Shown here: in pieces, positions 42,101-49,200 of the stretch
How positions within the stretch are numbered: position 1 is the stretch's first letter
How the letters are laid out: every line of letters starts with the position of its first letter
Source of the DNA: Elusimicrobiota bacterium
GTDB lineage: Bacteria > Elusimicrobiota > Elusimicrobia > UBA1565
Direction of reading: 5' to 3'
DNA: 64,000 bases
Assembly (NCBI GenBank): GCA_016196755.1
Contig: JACPXC010000005.1
Span: 37,516 to 101,515 of the forward strand
Notes under the pieces: generated by a model
The model's database searches: none
What the model was told of the DNA's origin: nothing
Seen by the model: the letters and a program-made list of their open reading frames with translations, nothing else
Program-made: the position numbers and the translations under genes

Positions 42101-43827
42101 CGAAGGTGCGCATCTACGACGACGTCAACGGCGACTCGGCGTTCACCCAGGGGGTCGACGCCGAGCTCACCTCCGGCAACAACACGTTTTCGGGCGGTAC
42201 GGCCAACGTGCTGCTCAACTCGGTCCAGACGATAACGACGACGCAGCGCAAGTTCCTGATCGCCTTCGACATCTCGGAGGGGGCCGAGGCGGGCCGCACC
42301 TTCGGCGTCCAGGTGGCCTCGGCCGCCGCCTTCACCGTCAGTTCCCCGAACGCGGTCCACGACGACGGCTTCCCGCTGTCCTCGAGCCTGCCCAGCGTGG
42401 CCAAGATCCCGGCCACGATGCGCGTGGCCGTCGACAACCTCCTGCCCGCGGGGATCAACCAGGGCGTGGAGTCCGCGGCCCTCAGGCTGACGGCCTCGTC
42501 CTCGCGCAGCAGCGTGGATTGGACGCGCCTGAGGCTCTTTCGCCTGGGCTCGCTGGCCGACGCGATGATCACGCAGCTGCGCGTCTACCGGGACATGGAC
42601 GGAGACCGGCTCCTCGGCGGCTCGGACCTCCTCGTGGGCACCGGAACCTTCACGGCCGGGACCGCCCAGGTCGACCTCTCCTCGGCCCAAACGGTCGGGA
42701 CTTCGTCGATAACATACCTGGTCGCGCTGCTCATAGACCTCAACGCCACGATCGGGGCCACGGCCGGCGTCTCCTTGCCCGACGCCGGCTACATCACGGT
42801 CGGCGCCCCGGACCTCGTCGACGGGTCGGCGCTCCCGGTCCAGAGCGCCCAGGCCGAGATCCTCGACGCGAAGACGCCCTCCCAGCCGGTCGTGGCGCTC
42901 GACGGCCTCTACACGACGAGCTTCGACCGCCTGCGCTTCGTCTGGTCCTCGACGGTGACCCTGGGGTCGATAACGGACGTGCAGTACTGCGTCGGGACGA
43001 CCCCAGGCGGGCAGGAGCTGCTGAGCTTCCGCTCGGTTCCGGGTCTGGCCCGCGACTACACCCACCGGGGCCTCCTGCTCGACAACGGCCGCACCTACTA
43101 CGTCGGCGTGAGGGCCGTGTCGAGCTTCGGCCTCTCGAGCCCGGTGGGGGTCTCGGCCGGCATCCTGGTCGACTACTCGACGCCGTCGACGCCGGCCCCG
43201 CTGGTCCTCGTCGGCAGCGAGTCGATCATCGTGCAATGGGCGGCCAGCACGGCCGGGGCCTCGGGCGTCATGGGCTACCTCATCGAGTACCGCAACGCCA
43301 ACTCGCCGCTCTGGCTCAACATGAAGACCGGCCTGGCCACCGTCCTCTCCGGCGCCTTCACGGCCGCCGGAGGCGCGCGGCTCGAGGCGGTCGGGGCCGA
43401 CCAGCTCTTCACGGCCGGCCCCGCGGCCTTGACCGGGGCGCCGGCCGGGACGTTCTTCGTGCGCACGCGCTCGGTCAGCGCCGCGGGCTTGGCCAGCGAC
43501 CCGTCGGATCCGATCCGCGTCCTCTTCGGCGCGGTGCCGACGACGGGCCTGGCCGAGGTCACCAACTACCCGAACCCCTTCGACTCCCGGAGGGGGAACA
43601 CCACCATCCATTTCACCCTCGCCGTTGCCTCCGAGGTCACCTTCACGTTCTACGACCTCTTCGGCCGGCGCCTGCGCGAGTCGTCGATGGCCGGAGCGGC
43701 CGGCGGCAACGACCACGTCTGGGACGGCACCGACGACGGCGGCCGGAAAGTGTCGATGGGCGTGTACATCTGCGTCATCCGCGCGGCCGGGGAGAAGGTC
43801 ATCCGCAAGATCGGGGTGATCCACTGA
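24151..43827 (+). CDS. Giant (~6,560 aa) secreted cell-surface protein: Gly-rich beta-helix-like modules, >35 FN3 domains, Ca-loop beta-sandwich repeats, T9SS type-A C-terminal sorting domain (SprB-like adhesin)
   Basis: Single uninterrupted frame. Signal peptide ([22 protein letters not shown]) lies upstream of the first canonical start (TTG 24457); only CTG 24151 / ATT 24142 follow the in-frame TGA at 24136. FN3 hallmarks [14 protein letters not shown] recur. The C-terminus [16 protein letters not shown]...WDG...GVY...KIGVIH matches the Por_Secre_tail pattern. Confidence 0.85.
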   Translation: MSSFDLRTRVALLAGAALLAIFPADAAALSCPDGYSICWNTGFDSNWNNSNNWTDTVTGNHRAVTGSDDALIDAGSPTVNVNAGGLVFKSLTIGATNSVTFNLLNTILSASSITINNASVMNFSIGATTFTLSQNLTLNNTAKIQPTGNASNAIQLQINGNLFLASGASIDATGTGYLGGGGAGAGTGGGGGAFGGSGCQNGGGGGGAYGGAGATGNASPFAAGGTYNGSLTNPVSYGSAGGAGYICSGQSLGGNGGGIVSINVQGTLTLSGSVKANGNVGGTGSGNAGGGGGAGGTININAASVTGNGVLQANGGNAAGNPLGGGGSGGRVRLVITGSDSYTAANLNSIRAVGGTGSATAAPGPVYITTPSQRILKIHNMGTLPGADTTVDSAFSGIMFDTVTIADTDVAWVANSSINATNIVVAGTVSFSNSNWVFLNGLTDFQGVVNTNALLNVTGNATFRNAVSVASVVNINVVGDLTVNASIFSSAGRVTMNATGDISFPASASITEDGLGYIGSGGAGAGAGGGGFGGSGCQNGGGGGGGHGGVGSAGANFPNAAGGVVNDVAGNPVLFGSAGGAGYICSGQSLGGSGGGAVSITAQGNLSVFGPIKVNANNGGTGGGNAGGGGGAGGTINLYALGAISGNAVLQAKGGNGVGNPLGGNGGGGIIAVAARGANTFNYVNANVGPGSGGNGSGGSGVVFPEQPTLGGHQAGQVTNSFVVGDATHTLFNFRLTPAGSNSVVIDTVTFTLSSITRLTASNFLTAQMAVDGNGNGRYDVGETIVGGSGAVDITGANGTISFTQQIVRPPPALTEFVLFSTMTDMANLDAVTVSLPAASLAVSSAVATRGVVYAAVLGSVSNAVQTYADVERPGPITTLTGVPGAGINAVNLSWTAPADNTAPWHYPRGRLMTGSANAAYWKVKYTTSAADAAAGTLWLSTGAAQLVIATTTVNVGSVHSTTTSGLISAGATYYFRMWAEDAARSTSTLSIGATAQTPPSAPLDPVPVDPSAVLTTNNSITLGNWAPVLTSFTTGYWAEASVSPGMSPVFASSVVANYTTTSALFDTPALSPNTTYYMRVRPINPYGTTGPNSAVTSTATLTNAPAAAAVSFTAIQNNSMSVAWSRNSNPVDITTYTVVLSTDSPLTLAAAGNVFLTTAPAGTNPAATLGGLASNTTYYLFVRGVNHNSVGTSYVFMAATATLANTPAATGVPFPYIGITSMTVAWSPNGNPLNTSKYNVILSTGNSYPNSFSGNTILNSTTPVGNPPTATLTAPPLSPNVTYYLYVEAVNHNGAGSAAAAVGVAPTYAQVPAAAATSFLSVGKTSMTVAWSPNGNPLQVTSYQVFLATHTSGCLPGVYCVFFDTAPAGNPPAATFTNLVLLNTTYYLFVRAINHAGVYSDYHLGPTTATLAADPGSLGAAGYESRSGNVLRVSWSSGTPGGGFNPLTTLYRIDLSQQANFSVLTASSETYNQYGEFSGLTPSTTYYSRVQAVSHRGFRTSFTDLLSVFYKRLNIWNSGSNGNWHTGGNWEQGVPTVDDKVVINRAVTVTVAPSATAIDFYTLDVGTDAAATLVLNDVSSPCSGKSNCTGVGLSVGPGSVLDLRTIKPLAIQGDVTVKAGGSLIHAANAASQANAIILSASGNVTVEPGATLDASGRGYSGGAAQGLGSGTGGGAGTAVANKGGGGGAYGGDGGSGVGGAAGGTTNGPMTNPIDLGSGGGGGNTGAGGAGGGRIDIAAGGVLRVDGTLNADGGLGGVSAFDAGGGGSGGSVKLVAGTIAGSGLVRADGGAGQNAVGSSGGGSGGRILLENLSAPSSFTGTLRAIHGAGGGGSSTGGGAGVVVHKNPGEANYSLIIGTDTVPDSKTRLTDAVIFATVTVHSARLDVTAGGGVAISSLHVTGLAVIDANANAHSVVYAIVEPGAAGLTFNDDYTVVTLAVSGSTFTLASGVTLSNAAFSAVNAVLNFEANSVLAGDSVVIASATLAAGANSTMTAASGVSVSQKLTMATASRFYVAGNLSLGGAAVLTHLPNQAALTSAVDLRVTGNLSIPVGAQVLADGIGFQGGTGNATGKGPGGGVGSGGAAGAGGAGYGGAGGSGSAAAAGPANGNLVNPVNLGSGGGSGNGAAGGAGGGLVILDVSGDLTIDGTISANGATAGAGTGGGGGAGGAVNLAAGRVLGGGAIQVNGGSGGTAGAAGGGGGGGRVAIGASSRNDFSGLINYAPGTAGGGSANNGVEGTVASRLTLADYDVVGQAPNSFAAGGDLDPVDPPAYGLYRFKLSITSAPVTISRATFTLTGVSSLTASNFLGAFLVSDTNGNGTLEGAETHKLGGAGSVSITGDSGTIVFGTPFDVAATTNVILAVNLDGMIHGSALTVSLSSADLKGNLQGTARIGQRFGSATPAAHSYDDSQGPAAVTNLSALGLAAGGAIELSWTMPGDNGTRGRLENGRYYIQHTTQVVDAQSPVFWSTAAAQVLISTTGVPAGALQRYTVTNLIGPNRTHYFRIWTVDAKPNAAPLSSGATAATLALPSTPTGLAVTAVGSFDVSTSWNALPEASSFTVRYSTDVNLVDAVQSSASTIGSLNVGSLQFDATYYFQVRAHNPAGVSGFSSSVSTKTLHVPLPIAGIPPFAAVDVSSLAVSYASGPTVGGFIASGTSYYIQLASVPAFGSILASSATFNLSALFNGLSANTTYYLRGTAFLNSISTWSPSYQTLGTTVTAAEVPGAGGLSNAGSSSMTATWGAAGNPAGTQFRVEYSTRADFAPLWAGAPAVTTSTTRELAGLSGNQAFLVRVYAVNHQGRASPPASLGTLSTLVQVPGVPTGPYDVYPGSVTLRWDAGTNAAYTEYRIERGQDPTFVSNEEDTNWGVFQGSYSFSGLLRDTTYYFRVKARDLALAETPFTVLPATRTIVDTPTPRPSFTFISSLTARWDKGLNPNSAQYLAELARDSGYTLGYASSNWVANIVDYAFAGLTPNQAYFMRVRARNGAHIETSTVTLASALNTLSAPPGQPASAYSIGGNNIVVNWASGGNAAGTKYSAMRSSTSDFSVDTASSAYNDVLSFNFTGLQSDSTYYFRVRSRNEALIESDWTVLPSSATRAGPAPATDLTLSFADGTSTDSLQAQWQDNATDETSFQLERSTDGVSWVFSKSLPDQVGSSPYIYVNGPLNADPALLANVRYFYRVKAVNAVASSAYSNVASTFTRAAVPTADVPALSSVFAASVTASYAANGNSAGTQFVTVASTGTLPNSFSGNLSSRTASPSAVVSALAANTTYFLAVKAVNGFEVESAFVSLGATATLAQVPSAASPAFPAVNLTSMSVAWSPNANPLSVTTYTVALTTGSSYPNSFSGNVVLAATAPAGAPPTVELTGLGEANTTYYLFVRAVNHGGSPTPYAALGSTATLAMPPAAAGTTFAAVSQDSMTVSWAHNGNPAGVTRYNVVLSTGSSYPNQFSGNAVVAGTVPAGAAPTSTLQGLGELDTTYYLFVQAVNHNQVPGEFTALGSTATRAKGPGAPTTSAAGANALSVSWTAAGNPSSTLYVAEASTSAFPNADAGNLSTSVTALSGRIVGLAPDTVYKVRVRAVNKNGVPSESAAAADARTSVLGLSTPTVPAHGAYTRLDKPLFQWNGPSTTTVAEAGPGALYILEAADDPAFAALSVSVATPAASVAGAYLSTTTLAEGTTYHWRVRLRDFGGSQSAWSSTFAFVTDFTSPTLASFGHFNSSGALLGEAAAGDLLAGVTAQMAAQDLLSGLRHATGTFSAQLSTDAGAGWRTITATAPGAGPFVAVGGSEGSLSAQTLTVKDLVLANSTNAAVCGGAGACGATNQLVFLISDRAGNSVSAGPFAVVVDTRVGTPAAAALTADTSTQLTLQWTDLSIQEDDFHIALETAENPTAEFAVSATTDKPGTGSSMSKALAGLSPNTTYYARVRSHRHDLDGYSGYSAQLARLTRAAPPTAGALSAATTTTLRANWGANGNPAGTEFVLEFSSAPGFAPVWIGSPLVTTETVKTITGLSGNTLYYVRVSARNFEGVAASTVSLGSLQTALDAPTLADVPYDVFSTSVTVRWSTGTNAAHTQYRSQRSSFADFSLVDEDTNWAALDGAATFSDSIARNATYYFRVKARDLSLAELPAGAAWLNLASTQTLVDMPGPVSPEIFVSSIVARWSKGFNPAGAQYLAELARNDAFSVQYASSDWQTNINQSVFSGLGTNSVYHVRVRARNSMGRETPVLSLAAPSYTRAEQPGTPSQSYLRGGNNIVVNWDVLSNPLNTQFFAVRSSSADFSVDTASSGWTTAASFNFSGLAIRTTYFFRVKARNEDLLETPWTVLPSTDTLAGPVSPSALTASFADGSSTDRLSLSWQDNSLDENAFILERGTDGVTWSFVKSLPDQVSPGTGTYTYVNGPSNGDAALSPNARYYYRVKAINGIGDSSYTNTVVVFTRAEPPAAAAPVFTQVDAASMTAAFTANGNPAQTSYLLILSTGPQPNSFAGNLSSQTLSFSALFTGLDPNTTYYAGAQALNGDGVASGLSALASTATLALPAVNPAVTELGANALSVVWGGGGNPDGTVYVLEASTDSFPNAYSGNVSATAAATGARLSGVSPDTLYMLQVRARNHNGLLTTAVAAPDARTLAIPVSTPSAPADGSFVSVRKPGFAWTGPSTRTVAEAGPGAEYLFQLADNAAFSPIDIDVSTPAVVLDAEAAAHIGRYNSALTLSGDTTYYWRVRLRDFTGALSAWSQTAAFMTDFTTPTLTGFVSFDSTGGAMAQTQFNDLASGVTVQMTALDAGAAGLAASSASFTVSYSTTAGATWVVVSATQPGSGPYRTLSGAAGSAASETLLVRGLNLRQSTSALTGSGGTNLFMFTAADRAGNTASAGPFAVLIETAPAAAAMTSLSALSSGSVRAVAGAAPAFLFPVQDYRLELSTDPAFATLAALSPFQASADHSFSGLDEGKFYYGRVRTRNSRQQLSSPSAALSTQTYARVFISSEPVSFSAQQAVASVVLKIGALTLSPDSASFSTLRVRQTGTAADSDFQAAKLYADTDANGLFNPSADVELAAAAVSGGFADLQFAGNAQFIGNAQRSFFVVFVMHADAVVGNTVAAEIEGPGSFSFTSPFSAVGPFPIVSASTVTADGPNALLIEPSDLSPAFVEPGSSNVPLLRLRGITDTGGSVLSSLALRLSGSAPSTALSSLRLYRDANSNGTFELAGDTLLTSGGDAFLNGSSTIPLTASQELRTVRSHAPEFIFLTANVSASAPAGERFSVQVLSTASLALSTLLDTVSFSSVPFTTREIEIQTQNVVTVLTASQIPSDVTQGERYSVLKATLTVDKGLAQINRIQLNRTGSAVDADIAAVSIWQDPNPSVTGGVFNPGTNVLKGSSTFVSGSATINISTVSLTPTTTAVIFLVYELAQAANAGNTVGASLSNSSYFRVASPLTTVSGAFPLATSTATIRATVNTLLATPSNVAPGALTQGQTDIPFLKLQVRTDRNTIAWSGLTVTRLGTGADADVSRLNMYRDVNGDGLLQPATDQRVSSGLDSFGGGTAILAFNTVQSIGTAEAVYFLTADVSQSAGVGNTLGVRISTTANFNVTAPNLISTSAASFPIDAGPVAVNHYPNTVYITTASIVPAQGAESGLSDVGMVRLSMRTDVSDTSWSKLRVDRSGSVSDAGIANVKVYFDQNALGVFDRSALGQYVLVSSGTAVFGSVSPGVTEVSLSPVVELGPTPKSYFVVVDLSTSAVPGTTLIVRSVNFTYWTVDAPNTVSSTAAFESAPLSITEPASTMFIQTASSAPATVTQGDANVPFLRLSVWSDRFSAVWSRLTVSRTGTSSDADVTRVRLYADTNANGVLDLLGDAQLSTGAFSGGNAALSFAARTVTSSTQTLFLAYDLAATASADATLGARLAVPSVFDVASPDSVSPSGFPFDSAASQIRATRANILVTAQDRAPVTVLQGTTGQILLSLTLRTTEYTVVWSALSLSKLGTLADNLITKVRIYDDVNGDSAFTQGVDAELTSGNNTFSGGTANVLLNSVQTITTTQRKFLIAFDISEGAEAGRTFGVQVASAAAFTVSSPNAVHDDGFPLSSSLPSVAKIPATMRVAVDNLLPAGINQGVESAALRLTASSSRSSVDWTRLRLFRLGSLADAMITQLRVYRDMDGDRLLGGSDLLVGTGTFTAGTAQVDLSSAQTVGTSSITYLVALLIDLNATIGATAGVSLPDAGYITVGAPDLVDGSALPVQSAQAEILDAKTPSQPVVALDGLYTTSFDRLRFVWSSTVTLGSITDVQYCVGTTPGGQELLSFRSVPGLARDYTHRGLLLDNGRTYYVGVRAVSSFGLSSPVGVSAGILVDYSTPSTPAPLVLVGSESIIVQWAASTAGASGVMGYLIEYRNANSPLWLNMKTGLATVLSGAFTAAGGARLEAVGADQLFTAGPAALTGAPAGTFFVRTRSVSAAGLASDPSDPIRVLFGAVPTTGLAEVTNYPNPFDSRRGNTTIHFTLAVASEVTFTFYDLFGRRLRESSMAGAAGGNDHVWDGTDDGGRKVSMGVYICVIRAAGEKVIRKIGVIH
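32300..35990 (+). repeat. Intragenic super-repeat, copy A (~3.7 kb) within the giant gene
   Basis: Protein segment from [12 protein letters not shown]... to ...[11 protein letters not shown] is collinear with the following segment. Copy A carries two extra FN3 units. Confidence 0.6.
35990..39060 (+). repeat. Intragenic super-repeat, copy B (~3.1 kb) within the giant gene
   Basis: [35 protein letters not shown]... parallels copy A, including the FxxPTL-containing segment [11 protein letters not shown]. Confidence 0.6.
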
Positions 43828-43898
43828 TGGCTTCGCGATTTCTTCATGATTTTTCGCGCCCCGGGGGCTATCCTGCGCTGTGGATATGGCTCCGGGCC

Positions 43899-45464
43899 AT
43901 GAGGCGGTCGGCGGCGCTGGCTGTCGCGGCGGGGCTGCTGTGCGGCGCCCCGGCGTCGGCGGCCGTCTTGGGCGGCCGCCCGGGGGCGATCTTCGACTTC
44001 GTCGCCGCGGGGCGCGGCTCGGGGATGGGCGGCGCCTATACGGCGCTGGCCGACGACGCGTCCTCGGTCTACTACAACCCCGCCGGCCTCGGACGCATGA
44101 CCGGCAACCACCTGAGCCTCATGCACGCCTCGCTCTTCGAGGGCGCGGCCTATGACTACATGGGCTTCGCGCGCCAGGGCCGCTTCGGCGGCTACGGCCT
44201 GCAGTTCCTCAAGCTCGGGATCGGGGGCCTCGACGGGCGGGATGCCCTCAACCAGTCCTCGGGCGGCTTCGAGTACGCCGAGCAGGGGCTCTCGCTGGCC
44301 TACGGCACCCGCCTCATGCTCGACCGCGCGCTCTCGGTCGGGACGAGCGTGAAGATGCTCAAGCGCTCCCTGGGGCCGGCCTCCAACTCCCTGCTCGGCG
44401 TCGACGCCGGAGTCCAATATCAGGGTCCCTGGTTCGACCAGCGCGTCCGATTGGGCCTGATGGCGGCCAACGTGTTCGGCTCCAAGATGGGCGACACCGA
44501 CGACAAGCTGCCCATGCTGCTGCGGGCCGGCGTCGGGATGCGCGTGGCGAAGGGCCTGGTCTTCGCGGGCACCGTCGGGATGGACGGGGAGTTCGCGTTC
44601 GGCACGGAATACGCCTTCGGGCCCACCGCCCTGCGCGTCGGCCTGAGGGATCAGAACCCGACTTTCGGCGCGGGCATCGCCTTCCGGCAGCGCTGGTCGC
44701 TGGACATCGCGTTCCAGAACCAGCCCCTTCTCGGGTTGGCCAACCAGGTCTCGCTGGGCTACAAGTTCGGCAGCGCGCGCCTCGAGACCAAGGTGCGCGA
44801 GAGCTACCGCGGCGCCCTGGCCAAGGCGGAGAAGGCGCTCGAGGCCCGCGAATATCTGCAGGCGGTCCAGCTCTACGACAAGGCGGCGAAGACGACGCTC
44901 GAGGACCGCGACGCCCAGCGCGTTCGCGACGAGGCCCGCTACCAGCGCTTGAAGAAGCTCGTCGAGGAGCTGCGCTTGGCGGCCCTCCCCGAGCTCTCCA
45001 AGGCCCTTGGGGCGGGGAGCGAACAGGGGCAGGAGGCGGCGCAGGCTATCCGGGCCTTCATGGACGGCGCGGACCGCAAGGCCCTGCTGCTGGCCGAGGC
45101 GGCCTACGGCACCGAGCCCGGGCAGGGGGCTTTCCGCACCCTGCTCGAGACGATCGCCAGCCTCACCCTGCAGAAGCCGGCGCCGGAGGAGTTCTACCCG
45201 CGCAAGACCCTCGTCGAGATCAAGCTCCTCAAGGCCGCGGATTCCTTCAACTCCCAGCGCTACGATGAGGGCGCCGAGCACTGTCGCGAGGCCCTGCTGC
45301 TCGACCCCCGGTCCGCGCTGGCCCACGAGCGCCTGGGTTCGCTCTACTTCGCGATGGGCCTGCGCGGCAAGGCGCTCATGGAGTGGAAGGAGTCCCTTCG
45401 GCTCAACCCGGACAACGCGGCGCTCAAGGACTTCATCGGCCAGCTGCCGGGAGGAGACCGATGA
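43899..45464 (+). CDS. PorV/PorQ-like (UPF0164/FadL-like) outer-membrane beta-barrel with C-terminal TPR-like extension
   Basis: Signal peptide MRRSAALAVAAGLLCGAPASA. Motif GRGSGMGGAYTALADDASSVYYNPAGL typical of the PorV family, then amphipathic beta-strand pattern. Last ~200 aa are helical with a TPR-like repeat. Alternative ATG at 43827 overlaps the giant gene's stop. Confidence 0.65.
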   Translation: MRRSAALAVAAGLLCGAPASAAVLGGRPGAIFDFVAAGRGSGMGGAYTALADDASSVYYNPAGLGRMTGNHLSLMHASLFEGAAYDYMGFARQGRFGGYGLQFLKLGIGGLDGRDALNQSSGGFEYAEQGLSLAYGTRLMLDRALSVGTSVKMLKRSLGPASNSLLGVDAGVQYQGPWFDQRVRLGLMAANVFGSKMGDTDDKLPMLLRAGVGMRVAKGLVFAGTVGMDGEFAFGTEYAFGPTALRVGLRDQNPTFGAGIAFRQRWSLDIAFQNQPLLGLANQVSLGYKFGSARLETKVRESYRGALAKAEKALEAREYLQAVQLYDKAAKTTLEDRDAQRVRDEARYQRLKKLVEELRLAALPELSKALGAGSEQGQEAAQAIRAFMDGADRKALLLAEAAYGTEPGQGAFRTLLETIASLTLQKPAPEEFYPRKTLVEIKLLKAADSFNSQRYDEGAEHCREALLLDPRSALAHERLGSLYFAMGLRGKALMEWKESLRLNPDNAALKDFIGQLPGGDR

Positions 45465-47068
45465 CGCGGGCCGTCCTCCTCTTGGCCGCCTTCTGGTCCG
45501 CGCTCCCTTCGTGGGCCGCCGATGGGATGGAGGCGGGGACCCTGCACGACGAGGAGTCCCGACTCTCCTCGGCGCTCCAGCAGCGCGCCCAGGGGGCGCT
45601 CGACGCCGTCTTCGGAGCCGGCCGGGCCTCGGTCCAGGTTCGCGTCGACATCGGACTCACCACGGATGCCAACGACTGGCTGGCGCGCACCTTGAGACCG
45701 CTGGAGAAGGAGAAGGACGCGGACCGGAACGGCTTTTCGTGGGCCTGGCTCGGCACCGTGGCGCCCGAGGAGAAGAAATTCGTGCTGCCGGGCTTTCCGG
45801 AGGAGAAGAAGCGCGCCAACGCCGCCCCGGCGGCGGCGGGCATGCCGGGCCCCGCGCCCGTCCCCGCGGCCGAGAAGCCCGCCGCCGAGCCGGTGGACCC
45901 GGGACTCGTGCGCTCGTTCGGGACCGAGGTCCTCCGTCTCGACGCCCGGGTGAGCGTGGACGCGGAGCTGCCGCCGGAGGCGTCCGTGAAGGCTGGGGAG
46001 CTGGTGCGCCAGTCGGTGGGCGCCTTGGACTCGCGCGGCGACACGGTCACGGTGGAGCGCGTGTCTATGCCCCGGCCGTCCGAGCTGCTCATGCGCCGGC
46101 CGGACCTCGTGGCCGGACTGGCCGCCAAGCTGATCTTGACCCTCCTCGGCGCCGCCTTGGCCCTGGGGCTGGTATTCTTCGGCCGCAGCCTCGAGCGCGC
46201 CTTCCGCGGAGCGGCCGAGCGGATCGCCGCCGCCATCCAGCGCACGACGGACCGGACGCTGGCCCTCAATATCGGCGGCAAGGCGAACCTTGAAGGAGCC
46301 GGCGCGCCGGGAGCCCTGGGCGGGGCCGCGGGAGCCTTGTCGGCCCTGACGTCGGCGCCCCAGGAAGAAGGCGAGGAGGACGCCGATGAGCCGCCGATCT
46401 TCGATATCGAGCCCGACGAGGCCGCCAAGCTCGCTCACCTCTTGAAGGACCAGCCGCCCGAGCATGTGGCGCTGGTCATTCCGTTCCTCGCCCCCGAGAC
46501 GCGCGACGCGTTCCTCGCCCTGCTCGGGCCCGCCCGCGCCGCCCAGATCCTCGGGGCGACGGTGCCGGTGCGCTACGTCGACCCGGAACTGCTCAAGACC
46601 CTGCAGGACGAGCTCGAGCGCCGGCTCGAGGGGGTCATGGGCGGGGTGAAGCCCGCGGCGGAGCTGCTCAAGGCTTTCCCGAGCCGACGCCGCGCCGAGC
46701 TGCTCAAGCTCCTGCGCGAGCAGAACGCCGAGGCGGCCGCCGCCTTGCGCGAGCAGGTCCTCCTCCTCGAGGACCTGGAGTCGATGACGATCAAGGACCT
46801 GGCCGTCCTAGCCTCGACGATCAGCGTCGAGGACCTGGCCGCCGCCTGCGCCGGGATGTCCGAGGGCTTCGTGAAGGCGCTCTCGGAGTCCATGCCGCGC
46901 CGGACGGCCGCGATCTTCCAGGAGATGGTCTCCTTGCCCCAGGACGCGGACAAGAAGCTCGCCGCGCGCGAGGCCTTGATGGTCAAGGCCGAGGCGCTCC
47001 TGGCCGAGGGCCGGATCAAGCGCCCGTCGTCCTCCTCGGTCCGGCTCCAGGCCGAGATTAAACCGTAA
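45461..47068 (+). CDS. Periplasmic domain - TM helix - FliG-like (rotor/torque-helix-like) cytoplasmic domain protein
   Basis: Signal/TM MTRAVLLLAAFWSALPSWA. Periplasmic region with beta-alpha-beta segments (ASVQVRVDIGLTTD). TM (LAAKLILTLLGAALALGLVFF). C-terminus aligns to FliG_C (LSESMPRRTAAIFQEMVSL vs FliG LSNMSKRAAEMLKEDMEAM; final LLAEGRIK vs LEEEGEI). ATGA overlap with the PorV-like gene and an SD GGAGGAG. Confidence 0.6.
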   Translation: MTRAVLLLAAFWSALPSWAADGMEAGTLHDEESRLSSALQQRAQGALDAVFGAGRASVQVRVDIGLTTDANDWLARTLRPLEKEKDADRNGFSWAWLGTVAPEEKKFVLPGFPEEKKRANAAPAAAGMPGPAPVPAAEKPAAEPVDPGLVRSFGTEVLRLDARVSVDAELPPEASVKAGELVRQSVGALDSRGDTVTVERVSMPRPSELLMRRPDLVAGLAAKLILTLLGAALALGLVFFGRSLERAFRGAAERIAAAIQRTTDRTLALNIGGKANLEGAGAPGALGGAAGALSALTSAPQEEGEEDADEPPIFDIEPDEAAKLAHLLKDQPPEHVALVIPFLAPETRDAFLALLGPARAAQILGATVPVRYVDPELLKTLQDELERRLEGVMGGVKPAAELLKAFPSRRRAELLKLLREQNAEAAAALREQVLLLEDLESMTIKDLAVLASTISVEDLAAACAGMSEGFVKALSESMPRRTAAIFQEMVSLPQDADKKLAAREALMVKAEALLAEGRIKRPSSSSVRLQAEIKP

Positions 47069-47098
47069 CAAAGATAGTCTAAGATTATCCTTGTAAGC

Positions 47099-47875
47099 AT
47101 GGATCTTCTTACTTTGTTCGGCTTCGCGGGCGGCCTCGCCGTCCTCTTCGTGAGCCTCAAGACCGGGGGGGCGATGAGCGCGTTCGCCAACACCCACGGC
47201 ATGATCATCGTGCTGGGCGGCACGGCCTGCGCGCTGATGCTCAGCTCCTCGTACGCCGAGGTCGTCGCGGCGATGCGCGCCTTCGTGTCCTTGTTCCGCG
47301 GCCTCAAGACCCCCAAGGCCGAGACCCTCGTCCCGTTGTTGGCCAAGATGTGCGGGGAGGCCCGCCGTTCGGGCCTGCGGGCCATCCAGGACGCGGGGGC
47401 TTCGGCCGAGGATGACGGCTTCATGGGGAGGGCCATCGACGTGGCTCTGGGCGCCGGCGACATCCGCACCGCGCAGGAGGTCCTCGAGCGCGAGATCAAC
47501 ATCATACGCGCCCGGCACCGCGAGGTCGCCAACACCTTCCGGACCATCGCGGCCCTCTCGCCGATGTTCGGCCTGTTGGGCACGCTGATCGGCATCATCG
47601 CGGTGCTCAAGAACCTCACCCAGGCCGACACCCTCGGTCCCTCGATGGCGATAGCCATCTCCTCCGCGTTCTACGGGATCTCGATCGCGAACCTCATCTG
47701 CGTGCCCGTCGCCGGGAAGCTGCGCAGCCGCAGCATCGCCGAGCTCAACACCAAGGAGCTCGTGATGGTGGGGATACTCGACATCGTCTACACGCAGAAG
47801 CCGCCGACCGTGGTGGAGCTCGGCCTGCGCTCGTTCTTGACCACCCGCCAGTCGGCCGGCAGCCTCGAGGGCTGA
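47099..47875 (+). CDS. motA: MotA/TolQ/ExbB-family proton-channel stator protein (MotA-like)
   Basis: 4 TM helices with MotA pattern (LSPMFGLLGTLIGIIAVL ... AFYGISIANLICVPVAGKL) and a cytoplasmic loop between TM2 and TM3. Confidence 0.8.
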   Translation: MDLLTLFGFAGGLAVLFVSLKTGGAMSAFANTHGMIIVLGGTACALMLSSSYAEVVAAMRAFVSLFRGLKTPKAETLVPLLAKMCGEARRSGLRAIQDAGASAEDDGFMGRAIDVALGAGDIRTAQEVLEREINIIRARHREVANTFRTIAALSPMFGLLGTLIGIIAVLKNLTQADTLGPSMAIAISSAFYGISIANLICVPVAGKLRSRSIAELNTKELVMVGILDIVYTQKPPTVVELGLRSFLTTRQSAGSLEG

Positions 47876-48555
47876 TGGCGCTCCACCGCGACCGCGACGA
47901 GGAGCTCGAGAACCTCCTCAACCGCGGCGGCCTGTGGGCCGTGACCTACGGCGACCTCATGAGCTTCCTCATGATCTTCTTCCTCATCCTGTTCGTGCTG
48001 ACCCTCAGGGGCAAGGTCGGCATGGCCAAGGGCCTCAGCGACCTCCAGGCCCAGTTCGGCGGCCAGGACAGCTCCCCGGCCATCGAGCGGCTCAAGGACC
48101 GCGGGCGCGAGGAGACGGCGGCCGAGCAGATGAAGAACAACCTTTTCGCCCGGGGGCTCCAGGAGTTCGTCACGGTGGACGTCACCGAGCGGCGCATCAA
48201 CGTGACCTTGCGCGACCCGATCCTATTCGACTCCGGCGACGCCGTGCTCAAGGCCGGAGCCCGGCCGCTCCTGCACGAGTTCGCGGCCTCGGCCAAGGAG
48301 CTCCCTAACGCCATCGTCGTCGAAGGGCACACCGACGACCGTCCGATCCGCGGCGGCCGGTACCCGACCAACTGGGAGCTGTCGATGGCCCGCGCGGCCA
48401 GCGTGGTGCGCTATCTGAGCGCGGAGGAGGGCATCGCCGCCTCGCGCCTGTCGGGCTCGGGATTTGCCGAGTTCAAGCCCGCCCAGCCCAATGCCACGCC
48501 CGAGGGCCGCTCGGCCAACCGCCGCATCGAGATCAGCCTCCTGCGCAGGGAATGA
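47875..48555 (+). CDS. motB: MotB-like stator protein (OmpA-like peptidoglycan-binding C-terminus)
   Basis: N-terminal TM carrying the conserved Asp (YGDLMSFLMIFF). OmpA-like domain (VEGHTDDRPI ... NWELSMARAASVVRYL ... NRRIEI). 1-nt overlap with motA. Confidence 0.8.
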   Translation: MALHRDRDEELENLLNRGGLWAVTYGDLMSFLMIFFLILFVLTLRGKVGMAKGLSDLQAQFGGQDSSPAIERLKDRGREETAAEQMKNNLFARGLQEFVTVDVTERRINVTLRDPILFDSGDAVLKAGARPLLHEFAASAKELPNAIVVEGHTDDRPIRGGRYPTNWELSMARAASVVRYLSAEEGIAASRLSGSGFAEFKPAQPNATPEGRSANRRIEISLLRRE

Positions 48556-49193
48556 TGCCGCCCGTCCCCGACGACCAGCTCGCCCAGCTCATCCTGGCCC
48601 TCCAGAAGAAGGGCGGCGCGGCCGCGCCCCCGCCCCCCCCCAAGGCCGCGGGTGCCGGCCCGGCCGTCGACCCGTCCCTGAGTCCCGCGGAGGCCAACGC
48701 CGCCCTGCTCGCGCGCCTCGAGGCCCTCGAGGCCCAGCTCCAGGACGAGCGTTCGCGCTCGTCGCTTGCGGAAGCCCTGCTCTCCGAGCTCGTCCCGAAG
48801 CTCGAGGCCCTCTCCCGGGAACGGCCGCTCCAGGCGCAGGAGTCTTTTCGGACGCTGCATAAGGACCTCGAGAGCCTGCGGGACGGCGTCAAGGTCATGC
48901 TCGAGCGCTTCCGGGGCTCGCTGGGAGGCCTCGCTGAGGAGCTCGAGCGGCAGGTGCGGGAGCTCCGCTCCGCCTGCGAGGGCGCGCGCGAGGCCGCCGT
49001 CGCCGCGCGTCAGACGCTGGAAGGGCTCGACAGCCGCTCCAAGGTCGTCGACGTGTCGGCCGACCTGTTGGCCCGCGTGACCAACGCCGAGAAGAACCTC
49101 GGCGAGGCCATGCGGCGTCTCGGCGAGAAAGACGCCTTGATAGCCGGCCTATCGAAGAACCTCCGGGAATGGGTAAAGTCATCGGGGACGTGA
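48552..49193 (+). CDS. Pro-rich / coiled-coil hypothetical protein
   Basis: PPPPPKAAGAGP linker followed by heptad-rich helical sequence. ATGA overlap with motB. Confidence 0.5.
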   Translation: MMPPVPDDQLAQLILALQKKGGAAAPPPPPKAAGAGPAVDPSLSPAEANAALLARLEALEAQLQDERSRSSLAEALLSELVPKLEALSRERPLQAQESFRTLHKDLESLRDGVKVMLERFRGSLGGLAEELERQVRELRSACEGAREAAVAARQTLEGLDSRSKVVDVSADLLARVTNAEKNLGEAMRRLGEKDALIAGLSKNLREWVKSSGT

Positions 49194-49200
49194 GCGCCCG

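Noticed and set aside
41394-43826. N-terminal 811 codons of the 41394-45464 ORF
   Set aside because: Only the last third (from 43899) encodes the PorV-like protein with a signal peptide. The upstream part is an alternative frame of the giant gene.
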